DNA of 64,000 nt from NCBI RefSeq assembly GCF_000150275.1, contig NW_002060945.1, forward strand, positions 5,133,397 to 5,197,396, in the 5' to 3' direction. The translations under genes were made by a program, and so were the position numbers. Positions 31,001-44,306 of the stretch are shown here, in pieces. How positions within the stretch are numbered: the stretch's first letter is position 1; every line of letters begins with the position of its first letter. This stretch comes from Trichoplax adhaerens (taxonomy: Eukaryota > Animalia > Placozoa). Below the pieces are notes generated by a model. That model was given only the letters and a program-made list of their open reading frames with translations. It made no database searches and had not been told where the DNA came from.

Positions 31001-34000
31001 GACACTTAACAATAAGTGAAATTATCGACCTATGACTTATAGTAGTTGTATATTTTATAAGTATAGCATGATCAAGTATTTTAATACTTTATTCAAAATA
31101 AATAACTAGCATTATATAAATTTAGCCTAACCACGAGTATTTCTAGCTGATAATAATTTTATTAAGTAAACTTAAATATTCAGAAAGAAATAGTACATTC
31201 TGTAATATAATCCAAAACAAAGCTAACATGAGTCAGTGGCAGGATTTAATATCATCGCAATTTTCCTTTATCTGTATCACATTGAATAATTTTTAGCTTG
31301 TATAATTATCTGTGTAACCTGTACATACCGTAGAGTCTAATACAAACTGTACTGTACACAGCTGAGTACTGTAGTTACTGGAGGACTGTATGCTGTACAG
31401 TACAGTGTAGTAATTTACTATCACTAGCTTCGTCTTTCGTGGAGTCCCGATGACGATTCACGAGATTTTAGTAGTGTAATGATAAGACGAAATTCATCAC
31501 ATGATAAGTAAGGTAGACTGTACTTAGCACCTTTATTGTTAAATACCCGGTTATTAATAATAAAGTGCCAGTTACAATTATACTGTTCTCTCGGAGTAAT
31601 CTCTTACTGTGGAATATACAATATGTATTATCTAAGCATCGATAACTGATCAATCTAGGGGAGACATATACTGTACTGTGACAGTGTTATATACTGTAGT
31701 AGAGTAGAAATATCTATGTTAGGAAAATTCTGTTAGCCTATCCTTATTTAGTTAGCTTCTAATTTGGATATACTATGTTTTAATATAGCACTGACTTTTT
31801 ATGACAGTGACACATACACATAACTGAAATTAATAGTTATAATAGGGAATGCAAATCATCTACTTACAGACGAATCATTGTGATTGTAACTTACTTATGG
31901 TAGATTGTAAATTATCGTGGAAATGTTCCGTGATAGGACATATCGTAATCTGACTATTCTGTATTAGTCATCAGATGTCTATGTTCGTAAATACTGTTGT
32001 CTGCATTACGGTAGCAGTAGCTAAAATTAATATCTAATTCAGTAAATGATTCCAAAGTTAATCGTACTAACTATGACTCATGAACTATTGAGGAAGAGTA
32101 TATAATTGCAGTATATCGTATAAGAAAGTCGATTCTTAAGCTTAGTGTTTAACGTACAATATGAGGCGTCTAAGTTTTTGTGTAGTCTGCTAGTAGAGCA
32201 AAAGTGTTTCTGATAGTGCAGATATCGTTCCTTGATACATGGTTCAAGGAATTGACTTATTGATCGTACATTACGTTATCTTGTTGCAAAGCTGTTTTGT
32301 GACATATACATTATACAGTAGTTACTGTAGTCCCTTAACGAGAAGTAATTGTCAACGTTAAGGTGGTGCTGCAGGCAAATGTCGAAGAGGACAAAATGTA
32401 GCAATAATTTAGGTTTGTAGAAGTTTAGTTTTGATTTATAACAAGTTATACAAACGATCGATTTTTTAAAGATAACCCTAGTTTTGCTCCTAGAAATCGG
32501 TAAAAACATAACTTAAAATTATCTTACCTGTAGCAATACCATAATGAATTGCAATGCCTTTCTTGTTAAGGTATTTTAAACAATTGATAACATTGGCAAG
32601 CTGAAAGTGAAATTGTTTACATTCAGATAATATCATGAATTGTCGTTTAAACGTAACGATTCTATGCTTTCCAACCGTGATAACACGCATGATCTACAAT
32701 AATAACTTGTATTAGTTTAGGTGCCTATTTAATATAGTTCCTCAATTCCTGCTCGTGACTAATTCGTTTCAATTGCTCATGATGATAACGAATGTAAACT
32801 TAAAATATTCGAATCTAGTATGATATTACAGTGTTAGATATTAAAATATTTATTTTGCCGATGTTTAGGCACATATCGTATTATAATCAAGACAAAAGTA
32901 TTCAATTTCCTAAAATGATTAAAAACTAAAATGGACCTCCCTGATTTGATAAATTTAGGGTAGTAGTTGATAGTATGTCAGTTTTTAAAGATTTCGAACG
33001 AATCAAACGCGTCAAATATCTCCCTTAAATTCAAATTACGGTGCTTTTTCAGTAATACTAACATTTAAGGTAGTTATTATCTATTTACTAAATTGATATT
33101 ATTCGGTAGATAATTAGCTGTCAAGTCTGCTACAGTATACGGTCGATAATAAGGGATAAAATTGCAGTATACGATTAACTTTGAATTAGTATACTTTGAA
33201 TCGGAGATTGTAACGATATATTTTTGGTACGATCCTATTTAACTGGCCTTTGCTGTATACAAGTAAATTGTAAATTAATGAATAACAATGGGAACATACC
33301 TTTTGATTTTGATAGTAGGGATTACGACAGACGTGTGGTATTCTTTCTCCAACTATGAAAAGAAGTTAACATTTTTTAGAGCTTATGCTGGTATCGTAAG
33401 ATTATTTTCGCACCGGAAATCTAATTTTGCAGTATGTCATAGAAATAAATCTACACAGCTGAAATTTTCTTACCCTAACTATTAAAAAAGAGATATGCGT
33501 ACTACATGAAATTGTGTTCAATCTTCTACAGATTAATTTTTTATATTATACACAATACGAATTTGTATAACAGGTCATTATTACCTATGCTTTCCATAAG
33601 ATTGATGAGGATGAGTCCTTTATTGATATCTTTCTGTAAATCATTTATCAGTTCAGGAAATTCTCTCTGAGCCAAGTAAGTATTAGCCCAGCCAACATAA
33701 ATCTAAATATGAGAATAATTACAATAAAAACATTTAAGTAGTTGATAAAATATCTGATATCATTTTAATCCAACTTAAGCATAGAATTCCTCATAATAAG
33801 GATAATGATGTATTTTCAAAGTTGCGCTTTAGCGAACACAGCAATTTTTCAATCTGCTAGCAAAGCTAAGTTAATTAGCTATAGTAACGCAAAGAAATAT
33901 CGTTTTAATGGCAGCCAAAATAAGGCTTTAAAGTAATATTAGCTATATATAATTTCTCTAGTAAAATGAGAATTTACTTTAAATTTTGTAGATAGTAAAA

Positions 34001-34264
34001 GCAGACAAACTTTGCTAATTTAGATTAACTAAATTGAAGCATGAAATAATTATAAAAACTATACGATATCTCCTTTCGTGACTTAAAGTAGTAAAATTTT
34101 ATGACATAATAGAATTATTAAGCAATTAATGCCAGTAATATAGCATTGAAATTGCTCGAGTATATGAGGTTATAGACCTTCTTCTGTTCCTGTTTATCGA
34201 TAGTTCTTGGTCTTTGACTGCGAGTAAAATTGGTATTCCTCTTAAACGTATCTCCTGTATTACC
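4025..34264 (-). CDS. NAV: Neuron navigator (NAV/UNC-53/Sickie family): N-terminal CH domain, Ser-rich region with SxIP motifs, coiled coils, C-terminal AAA+ domain. More than 25 exons; the exons between ~17000 and ~29700 are unresolved.
   Basis: N-terminal and CH exons: 34178-34264, 33585-33702 (IYVGWANTYLAQ...LQKDINKGLILINLMESI), 33300-33352, 32528-32600 (LANVINCLKYLNKKGI), 29742-29903 (DIVNGDLKAILSLFFSL). Middle exons: 16468-16838, 15967-16092, 15229-15672, 14085-14963, 13896-13930, 13688-13762, ~12882-12965, ~12188-12332, ~11581-11688 (KKKKKSWI), ~11200-11415 (FRSSF), ~10369-10453, ~10093-10222. AAA-region exons: ~9667-9768, ~8883-8977 (IDPEGELGL), ~8035-8143 (Walker A), ~6350-6439 (VVIILDELHH), ~6100-6166 (CPFIIGTIN...HQNFR), ~5875-5967, 5635-~5743, ~4759-4877 (PKLFMSCP...WFTDLWNYSIAPY), ~4433-4591 (YPW), ~4235-4275, 4025-4105 (...PLESNI*). 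These blocks match remembered NAV2/3 motifs in the same order. Confidence 0.9.
4956..5586 (+). mobile_element. Solo LTR, subfamily 1, copy a (631 bp), in a NAV intron
   Basis: Starts TGTTACAGTG and ends TTTTATGGCA. Perfect 5-bp TSD ATTAG at 4951-4955 and 5587-5591. Highly similar by eye to 31677-32304. Contains TATATAAA (~5380) followed by AATAAA (~5403). Confidence 0.85.
13004..13548 (-). mobile_element. Solo LTR, subfamily 2, copy a (545 bp), in a NAV intron, sense to NAV
   Basis: The + strand reads TGTCAC...GTAACA with a perfect 5-bp TSD TGTAT (12999-13003 and 13549-13553). Its reverse complement aligns by eye with 20370-20927. Confidence 0.85.
20370..20927 (+). mobile_element. Solo LTR, subfamily 2, copy b (558 bp), inverted relative to copy a
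   Basis: Starts TGTTACGGT and ends TTATGACA. The TSD is degraded (AAAAC / AGACC). Long shared blocks with the reverse complement of 13004-13548, e.g. AACATGGAAAATATCCATACT, TAGATAGTAGTAAGATGATTCAA and TTTAGTAAAAGAGCGTTT. Confidence 0.78.
31677..32304 (+). mobile_element. Solo LTR, subfamily 1, copy b (628 bp), in a NAV intron
   Basis: Starts TGTGACAGTG and ends TTTTGTGACA. Flanks TGTAC (31672-31676) and TATAC (32305-32309) form a TSD with one transition. Colinear with 4956-5586 over its whole length. Confidence 0.82.
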
Positions 34265-35716
34265 CTAATTCAAAGTAGGAGCAAGAGAAAGGCATTATTA
34301 GCTTTAATGAGAAGCAATTTAATTTTCATACTCAAATCCGAGATCGAAAGTCTTAGAAGTAGTCATAGTACACTGTTATTAATTGTTGCATTAATTTTGT
34401 GTTAACTGTAATACGTTATAGTATAGACCATCAGTAATCCATGTCTACTTCTATCATAACAAATTGCAGTAAATGAAGATGAAGCATCTGTCCTATATTC
34501 AGTCACCCTAGATGATTTCGCAATTCTAGATTCATCGACACATTTGTAGACAATTACGGCACTCAAGAACAATTTTATGCAATTAATACGTGATATTTCT
34601 TGCAATTAACGTCTTCTTAAATTAATATACATATATATTTTTAAGTGAAAATAATATCAATATAATCTTGGAGCTAGTAGATATGCTTAGATATTCAGCT
34701 TTTTTGAAACATATGATTAGCTATACTTGCAAGTAATAGATATATATGGTAGAACCTATATGTATGTGCACCGTACCTTTATGAATTACACAATTATAAA
34801 TTCTAAGTGTAGAATCGGTACTAAATCTGATTTGGCTTTGGGACGTGAAATTCTTTAACAGCTATCATTAACTTAATCTTATACATGCTTATAAATAAAT
34901 AACTAAAACAAAATAAGCGATTAAGGTAAATTACATGCTTTAAGGATAGTGCGCTTCTGATAACAAGGAGATATAGTTAACTTGAAGCTATTATGGAAAC
35001 GATATGTTTGACGTAGTTTCGGACAAAATTTGTAGTTGCCTTGTTGATTATTAGCTATGTGCGTAAATAACTTATGTAGATGATACTAAGGCTATATTCA
35101 TAATATACACATAAATAAATAATATTCTCGATAAAAGATTGAGACAACTAAAGCACAAACTATTTATGCTACTAAAAATTTAAAACTATATTTTGCAGTA
35201 GAGGGAAATTACAGTCGGCTAGAAGTACTATGACGTTAAAGCAAGATGGAATGATTGAAATAGCTTCCTTGATCTAGGAAGTGTGATATCTTGTTAAAAA
35301 AATGTTTTCATACAGCATTTGAGAATTAGCTCGACCGATTTATTATAAATCTGTATACCAAATCTGCATTTCGTGATTTTTAATCCAGTTAAACCTAATT
35401 AGGATTACATGGTTGCCATTACGGTACTTGAATATCAAAGTCATGTCTTTAATGATAAATTGATATAGAATATTATACTTTTTTTCAATTAGTATCCCTT
35501 ACACAAGTGCGAAAAAATAAGCGAAATGAATTTACTCAGTATAGCTAATCTATTGGCTGAGGAATCAAAATTACAATATTCGATATGTCTGCTTAACCAA
35601 CTACATTTAATTTCTGTTAAAGCTGAATACCGTCAACAAAATCAATTTTTATGTAACAATGTAAATTTCTTTGTTGTGATATCCAAGCGGATTGTTCTTC
35701 ATTCGTCTGCACCTAC

Positions 35717-35731
35717 CTGGAACTGAGCCAT
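35717..35731 (-). CDS. Candidate initiating micro-exon of NAV (MAQFQ)
   Basis: ATG GCT CAG TTC CAG is followed by a strong donor (CAG|gtaggt) in phase 0, compatible with the phase-0 exon at 34264 that lacks a Met. No homology support. Confidence 0.4.
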
Positions 35732-38700
35732 ATTCTTAATTATAATCCTTGGATGATATTTACGATATTTTTCTAACTTATTGGACTTATTATCGATGGT
35801 ATTCAAATAACCGCCAGGTCTTCTCTGTTACCACACTATATGCTTTACTTTGATAAAGTTGATTACATCTATACTAAAGACAATTGTTAAACCTATGGAC
35901 GTCCAGTAATTTTTAGATGACTAATTTTCAAATAATTAAGAATCAATTTAATCTCGATCCGTACTTCAATAGTACTATGACCTCGATTAAACTATGTGCT
36001 TTTAACATGGTTCTGATATAATAATTAATTGCTGTAGCTTGGTACTTTATAGAAATATGCCATACGTACTGTATTTGTTCGTAATATAAGATAATCGTAA
36101 CAGATGGTTTTAGTGAATGATATATAGCTATTATTTCAAGAGCTATTTGTCATATGGTGCGTGTTAGAAATGATAACAATTTATCGTTAGCATCTACACG
36201 AGGTACTACAGAGTACTATAAGCTATACAGTTGGCTTATTGATATTAGTAATAATATTTTTACAAATCATACAGAATCACGAAGAATATTATTGGATTAT
36301 AGCGATAGTAATCAAACTGATAACCTTGTAATTTTTACTTTTGTAAAATTAAAGCTGATTAAAGTGGCACCATAAACGGAATTTCATCATAAATAATTGT
36401 GAAAAGTAATCAATATTATCGACACCTTCTCCTATAATACTCTATATATTGCTACAAGATGGTCTAATTGTTAGCATGGTCTTATATTGAGATTTATGAT
36501 TTCACCAATTATAGTTCATTGCAACAAAATAAAGGATTCTCGTTATCTTACCCTGACTGTCAAGATTTAATCAGGCCGTGTTTGTCTAAATGAAGGAAGA
36601 TATCTTAAATCCCAATTTAGTATATTATTTTTTAGCTCAATGCAATAAGGTTTATCTTTCTTAGTGTTTGGCTAAGGCCAAGTAAGCCTGAACAAGTAAA
36701 AAATATTTTCCTAACTACATTATTGTTCTATATTTCTATATCAGGCAGATATTAAAGGCATGATTGCAAAGGACAACAGCTACAGATGCCATATCGAATA
36801 ATTTAGATCTTAAGAGATAGAAGATATAAAATTGTGTAACCATTAGCAATTAAAAGGACGACTATAGAGAATTTTAGCCATTGCGGTAATAAATGTTAGA
36901 TATTTCAGCTTGTAAAAATATTTTATTATATCGTTAAAATAATATTTTAACTAATTCCTAGTAGCTAAGGTGAGAAGAGATATCTTCACCTTAGTCGAGA
37001 AAGACCACCTAAATTATTGTGGATCTTAAAAAAAACAATTACAAAATAATGTCATCAAAGGTGTACGAATTCATTCAAATAAAGCAATTTTAGAAATTAA
37101 TATTCCCTATTCAGAATCATTTTATTTAGTTGAGTCATAATGACAGCTCATTTTAATAAAAATCTATACATCGTCCTAAAGATAACAAATTGTTCCCATG
37201 AACGATATTGGTAATATAAATAAGTAATAGATAATTTTATCACAATGTTACTACTAATAACACAAAAATAAGTAAATATAATGTGATTTATGTATATTTC
37301 ATCTTTTACTTGCACATTGATACAGTAGTATATCCTGATCAATCAATTTCTAAAATAGCCTTATCTAGGTCAAATAGATTGCAATATTTGGTGTGTTATT
37401 ATTACTTATCATTCAAGCAGTTAAAATTTATTCTTGTTCTATCATTTCATGATGTAAATTAAAGTATTTGGTCTCCGATAGTCGTTTTATTGGAGTAAAA
37501 ATTGATGATAGAATACCTAACAAATCGAAATGGTGACTCTGATCTTATGCGCTTGACAAATTAGTGTTTAAGCGTCTATGGGACAATACAGCTACGATAC
37601 AATTATTCGAAGTATTTTTCATCAAGGGCGTGTCCCGGCCATATGGCCACAATGACAGATGAGGTAGCGTATGTTGTACTTTTAACTTAATTCACAATAA
37701 TTGACAACACTTATAGTAGGCGAGTTGCCACAATTTTTATCCACTTCTGAGTCGCTGTGCTAGATTTATGCTCGAAATCTGCAACAGTTACAGTATTGAA
37801 TTGATTATGTTATAATATGCATAAGTGATCATGCTGACTGGCAAGTTGCTGTAAAAAATTTTGAATCATTTTGTAAATTATTTGCTCTAAGGACGCAAGA
37901 GTCGACTGGCATGTCTTACCAAGAGATTGCTACTTATGATCATAAAAATCGGGAATAAAAAAAGTGCTGGTACTACTCTAATATATCCGTTATAGCAATA
38001 AGATTATGAACATTTTTAGCGCTGTATGGGTGTATAAGCAAAACATTTTAATTGGGTCATGAATATAATTTGCAAATTCTACATTTTGAGTAATTTAATC
38101 ACAGTACGAACATATGGAATACGAGTACTTGAATAAATTGTTCAAAGAACAATTTATGACATCTAGTGTAAGCTGCAAATAGCTTGAATTCGCTTATTTA
38201 GAAATACAGAAGTTTCTTTGTAGATAGGATTACGCTATGTAAAGATATAGCGATGAATTTAGGTATATTTTTACTTGTAGCTGCTAACAATATGTGTTTA
38301 TGTTACATGTACAGTATCGTTAGATCGCTTAAATCAGCTACATTTAGAGTACAAAACGAGAAATTTCTTTCGTGAATGCTTCATATATTCTCAATTATTT
38401 TATAAACAGGGGTTAGATTAAACTATGCAGGCGTATTGATTTAGCCTTGTAAAATATTATTGATTATAATTTTATCGGCACAGTACACTTAGGGCTTATA
38501 ATGGATAGAGTCAAATAAAAGATTTTTAGTTATCATTTTTAAGTCCACAAGCAGGTTGAATATCTAAATAGAACCGTAGAGACTTCAACATAACGAGATT
38601 AAGATCTGTGTACTGTATAATATATATAATACAAGAAGTATCTGCTAACACATTGTATTAGAATTTACTTACTCTGGAAATAAAAGAAATAATCATAAAA

Positions 38701-39322
38701 ACTACTATATCTTGCAGCTTTTCATTCATTTAGTTTATTGCTAGGACGATACTTACTAGTTCCAAGATTAGATGTAGAAGTGATTTTATTATACTTAAAC
38801 AGAACCAATTGAATATCAGCTTTGTTCCATTTGGAATACGATTGAATGCGAGAAAAGTAAATACTATTCTAAGATATCAATTTGACCTCGTTTGCTAAAA
38901 TTCTGATCATGATATTGATAAGAAACCTATCATAGTCAAGTGTATACTAGTGTAGCTCTATCAGGTGGAAAATTAAACGACATTACTCATCTAGTCTTAA
39001 GTGAAATTGATTATTTTTTAGAAGTTATAGTTGCATTGACAACTTTCATCGAATTTGTCAGGGCCATTAAGTAGATAATTATACATGATCAAACTGTAAA
39101 CAATACCTTTATTAGGTTGGCGAAAAATCAACGAGTATTATCATAAGTCATCATCATGAACTGGCTTAGGAATAAATGACAATAAAATTAACTTTAGTAA
39201 TGTGAATAAAAATCATAAATGACAGCTAGTATTACATACGCGTATAGTTATTATTTTGTACGAAGGATATAGTAAGAAACGGTAATACGGATCTACACAG
39301 TACTTATCTCTAATCCTCATCA

Positions 39323-42300
39323 TCAATTATAATAATCTCGAAGGAAATATTTAATCATTTTTTTGTAAACTGCGTTGAGTGCATCTGAAGCCCATATGAA
39401 ATCTAAGTGATCGTAGCTTTCAGTCACATCATGGCATACCAAATTCTGTATTCTTGACTGTAACCATGAAACATCTCGGGGATCAGCTAGCCAATCCCGT
39501 CTACCAGAACACAAAATAGTTGGCACGTTCATTGTTTTAATGGAATATTGCGGAGGCATAGGCTACATTTTAGGGTGAAATAAAATAGTAAATAGGTGCT
39601 GCGTACATTACTATCTTGAATCCTAATATGGTAAGAACTAAATCTGTAGTAAGTCAGATATACAGTAGGAATTCAGAACACAATTTGCAACGTATGACTA
39701 AATGGGTGAGATCACATGGCTTTACTATTTATATCATCTTCTCTACCTGTCCGTAGTATTTAAGATTATCGCTCGGATTTCCGTAGTCAAACATTTGAAA
39801 ACGATGGCTTAAAACTCCCTATATTTGAAATGTCATATAATTTATAAAATAATACTTGAGCGATATAAGATTATTAACAGAATATTACCTATATTAATAT
39901 AGTTTAATTCTTTCTTAAAATGATAGTATCTTAATTTTATAAACAGCTTTGCTCTTATGGTGACTATTCATGGTATAACTTATTATTTTATTATACTACT
40001 ACAACTTACTAAATCTCTATTGAGCTAATTATGAGGAGAGTATGAGAAACCATGATTATATACATAGTAGCATACTTGAGCAAAATGGACCATGTTCCTT
40101 ACAGACGTTCCAGCCGGTGTATGAGATAGGTATATGGGAAGTCTAGTCTAAGATACGTAAGAGGTTAGAAGATATAATATAACTAAGAAGTAAAATACCC
40201 ACTGGAAAGGTATGAGAAGATTATGTGTTGTAAAATGTAAAAGATTAATGAGATATGAAAGCTACTATGGCAACTAGTGTACGAATTATAAATAATTCGG
40301 TGACTGATATATTACTATAAGACTAGCTATTATATGATATTAATGTATATATAATATTGGGCTAATTTTGATGTTAAGTTATCCTAAAATTATGATTAGG
40401 TCATTGTATCTCTTCACGATAACTGGTATACTTCGTAGTAAATTATGAATGAGGTACTTAGGCCTGAATCTAAACTGCTAATTTTAAAAACATGATATTA
40501 TTTAAGAATTATAAATGGTTATACAGCTTCAATAACAATTTCTTAAATGATGGATCAAGTCGATAGTTATAAATTTTGCGTTCTCTAAGCGTAGATATGC
40601 TTGTATTGTGTGTCGGACATTCAAATATGTACTGCATATAGCTGGAATATAGTTATATATTCGTTAGTTATCTTCAATACAATGCAGGCATATTGTGTAC
40701 TCGCTGCATAATGAATGTAAAATGGTAGCTCATATATTTTGATGGGTCCTAGTGGTATAATTCTGTAAGTACTTGCATTCCCATGCATTGATATGTTTAT
40801 GTGCTGCGTTATAAATAGCCTAAAATGTAATTGCAGATTACATATCTTCACTAATAAAACTAGAATTTAAAATATGTAGTAGTAGATTTATAATGCTGAA
40901 TCTAAGATAGAAATGCGTATTATTTAGATTATGATTATGCATTAGTACCATATTATGTTTATGAATAGAGTATAGTTTTACATTAAATTATATCTCCTAT
41001 TGCAATTCATCATAATTCGTTAGAGCATGAGATTATTTAACCTCATAAAACAGAAGACTTTATTAGTACAATATTACGATTTCATCTTCATGAAATTTAC
41101 CTTGTTGATTCCATTATGATCATCATATCCCGCAATGATGAATAAGATATTACTGCAATATGGATCCAATTTGCCGCGACACAGATAACTAGCCAACCAC
41201 TGAAGGATAGATTTACCCGGCAAAAATTCGTAATAACCTAATAAATGGGATATCAGCTAGGAGTATGGCAATGGATCCCAGTTTAAAAATTGTATCAGGG
41301 TAAAAAAGTGATAGCCTATTTTAGTGCATTATAGTTACTGAAGTAAATACTATATCTTTAATTCGGGTTAATAGAAGATCGACATAAAATTCAAACGAAT
41401 AGATCATCATAGTCTTAAATTTCGAAAGTGTGTGCAAACCTGAAAATCATAAGCGAAATAAGAAAGATATCTGATGGGACTTTTGATAGAGCCTACGTTA
41501 GCTACCGGAGCTAATGCTGCGAAATATTTAATTTTACTAGCCAATATATGATTAGAAGAAAAGGAAGCAAATGCAATCATTGTTCCTTGCGAGAAGCCGA
41601 CATAATAAAGTTGCGATTGATGTGTAGTTCTTAGCGCAAATTCAATCATGGCGGGCAAATCATATTTTGCCATCTCGTCATAGCTGCCGTTAAAAGAATA
41701 AGCCATAACTATTAAAAATGCTACATCTCGACTTATACCTAATTTTTCAATGTTTATTTTTTGCTAGTTAATAATAATATACTACATTTAATAGATTTTT
41801 AAGGCAAATCTACTTTTTAATACTGTCCATGGAGAAATGAAGATTGATTGGATAATTTATTCATTTGCATATATTACCTCCAAGCCCAAAATTCCTCTTG
41901 GGAAGGTTTCAGAAAGACGTGATGACGAGAATAGATATTACCACGTACATTTCCTAGCCATACATCAAATCCTGCGTCAGCCATAATAAAGGCTAAACTT
42001 TGGTTCGGCAAATTTGCTACCCAATTAAAGCTAGAACCAAGTAGACCATGCTGAAGGAAAACTACAGGTTTAGCAGTTTTATTGAGAGCTGATTCATGTT
42101 TACCAGACGGAATTCTTTGTATACCTAAAACAAAACCATCCTTTGTAATAACCTTGTACTCTTCAACCTTGTAGCCATTATATCGAATTATTTGACTCTT
42201 TAATAAAATAAAATAAATTTAGATAACACATTTTAATATCATGAATACTAATATCAGATTATACTCGTATGATAGTATGATGGAAATTCTATTTTATTTA

Positions 42301-43027
42301 TATATAGAGATTGACGTTTGAAGCTAATTTTTAGCTTAGTGAGGCCCATCATAAATTTAACATAGCGTAAAAGTGTCTTAGTAAGGAATGCTTGTAGTGT
42401 TATTCGAAATGAAATTGAGTTTCCGGTCAGTACTTTTTAGCACGTAAATAAGTCGAAAGTATGAAGTATATCACAGGAATGTCAAGAGCTAGAAGTTGAT
42501 TATTTCTTTATTAATAAACTATTAATGGAATATAAAGATATACGTCAAAAAGCAAAGTTACGACATTACTAATTAACATTATGGCCAATTAAACAGAGTA
42601 AACGATATTTTTTAATTAATATTGGTCAACCAAAGTCATAGGAAAGGTTTTGAATACATTTACTATACACTGGTTATTCTACAGAAATTTTGACAAAGCG
42701 ATTTCAAATGAAATTAAAATAAGATTCTAAATGATGCTAATGTAGTAAAACGGAATTATTTTGACCCTATTTGTAAGGATAAAGCTGTAGGATACTTAAA
42801 TGACAGCTGTTCTTTAATTTTTTGTTGCAGATTTTCATGCAGTAATTGATGACTTCAATGGATCAAGAAAAATATTGTGTAGAGAGCAAAAGAGATTTAT
42901 CATTTTGTCGTACCACATTCATGTTGACTTCTGGATCGGCTTGTGCCAACGTTGATGTAAAAGTGATAAAAAGTGTGATTAAACAGTAGATCATGAATTG
43001 ATATAAATTTTTCGCGTCCATTTTCAT
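39323..43027 (-). CDS. Acid lipase (lysosomal acid lipase/gastric lipase family, alpha/beta hydrolase) with signal peptide. Exons 42914-43027, 41878-42197, 41440-41683, 41101-41256, 40076-40147, 39747-39818, 39323-39562.
   Basis: [42 protein letters not shown]...[16 protein letters not shown]...[23 protein letters not shown]...[13 protein letters not shown]...YYVGFSQGT...[16 protein letters not shown]...FQMFDYG...DWLADP...YDHLDFIW. The Ser-Asp-His triad motifs are intact. Confidence 0.95.
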
Positions 43028-44306
43028 CTAAAATATAGTGTAAGCTATGAAATCTAGTGTCAAAAATTAACAAATATATATACACTACTGTAATAGCAAT
43101 ACATTTGCTGTATGCAGGTCAGAAAATATCCTTAGCGTAGCGGTGTTATAGGATACAGTGAAGTAACGAATTCCTTGAAACTACAATAGTACTGTACTAT
43201 TAGTTAACTTATTATGCACTACTCTATTGTATTATCTTAATATACAGTACGGTAAAATGACTAATGATGCAACTTTATTTATTTATAATGACGGTAAATC
43301 ATTGTATATTTTTATAATAAAGTAGTTTATTTACAGTTAATTCTAAAAGTCCGCTTCGTACCGTAGAGGGGTTTCTAAAGAATAAGAGCCCCTGATTGTA
43401 AGATGGTTTACGTGATTTGGTTTACCGTGCAAATAATACCTAGACTAACACTACGGTCTTATTTACACTAATGTTGGTCATGTAATTCTTGATTAAAATT
43501 TTTTATATTACTTAGTTATGAATTATGATGTTTCTAGTTTTCCCTTATTAATTAATTAGTTAATACTTTCAAAAAGGATTTAAGCTGGTCGCATTATTAA
43601 CGTTACGAGCATAGTAACACATATCAATTTCGGTATGTTGTAACCTTTATCTCTACTATTTGAAAAAATTTAAAAATTGGTATCAGGCTATGCCTTTAAT
43701 TAACAGCGATTTTATTTCTTATTGCAACGGTGATATCTTTTTGAGTTGAACCAATTTCATTTCTGTGGTATGCCATGTAGCAATTCAAAATGCCATAACT
43801 GTAATTAGTCTTACGTCATTATAAACTAGCTATCAGACCGGCATGTATTGAAATTTTTTCTAAAATAAATTGCTATTTCTATAATCTAATACGTGTAGTA
43901 AAAGCGCTAATAATTTTTAAGATATAATCAAAGGTAGCATACTCGTACTTTAGCGTAGATTTCAACTAGCCATAGCCAGCAATGAAATGCAGGGAAATTC
44001 AGTACCTCTCAATCTTAGTTTGCACTGACAGTTTCAAATAATATGACTTTATCACGGATACTGTAGTTCGCAGCAGCCAATGCATCATTATTTAAAATTT
44101 TCGATTTAATAGAACATCATAGAATTGTACTGAGACATTAACCACATTAGATTAGAGAAATTTGTTGTTTAAAAATAAATTTCCATATAAAATTATATAA
44201 TCAAAGCATACGTAGCTACAGACATAAGGCAGGTTTGATTATGCAATTCTTTGCTTAAAAAGTTAGTAACAGTAGTGTTTTAATTCAGTAAGCCTATAGG
44301 ATTTTA

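Noticed and set aside
31663-32309. 9-bp TSD GACATATAC around subfamily 1 copy b (Mutator-like)
   Set aside because: Alignment with copy a places the ends at 31677 and 32304, so GACA belongs to the element end. There are no long TIRs.
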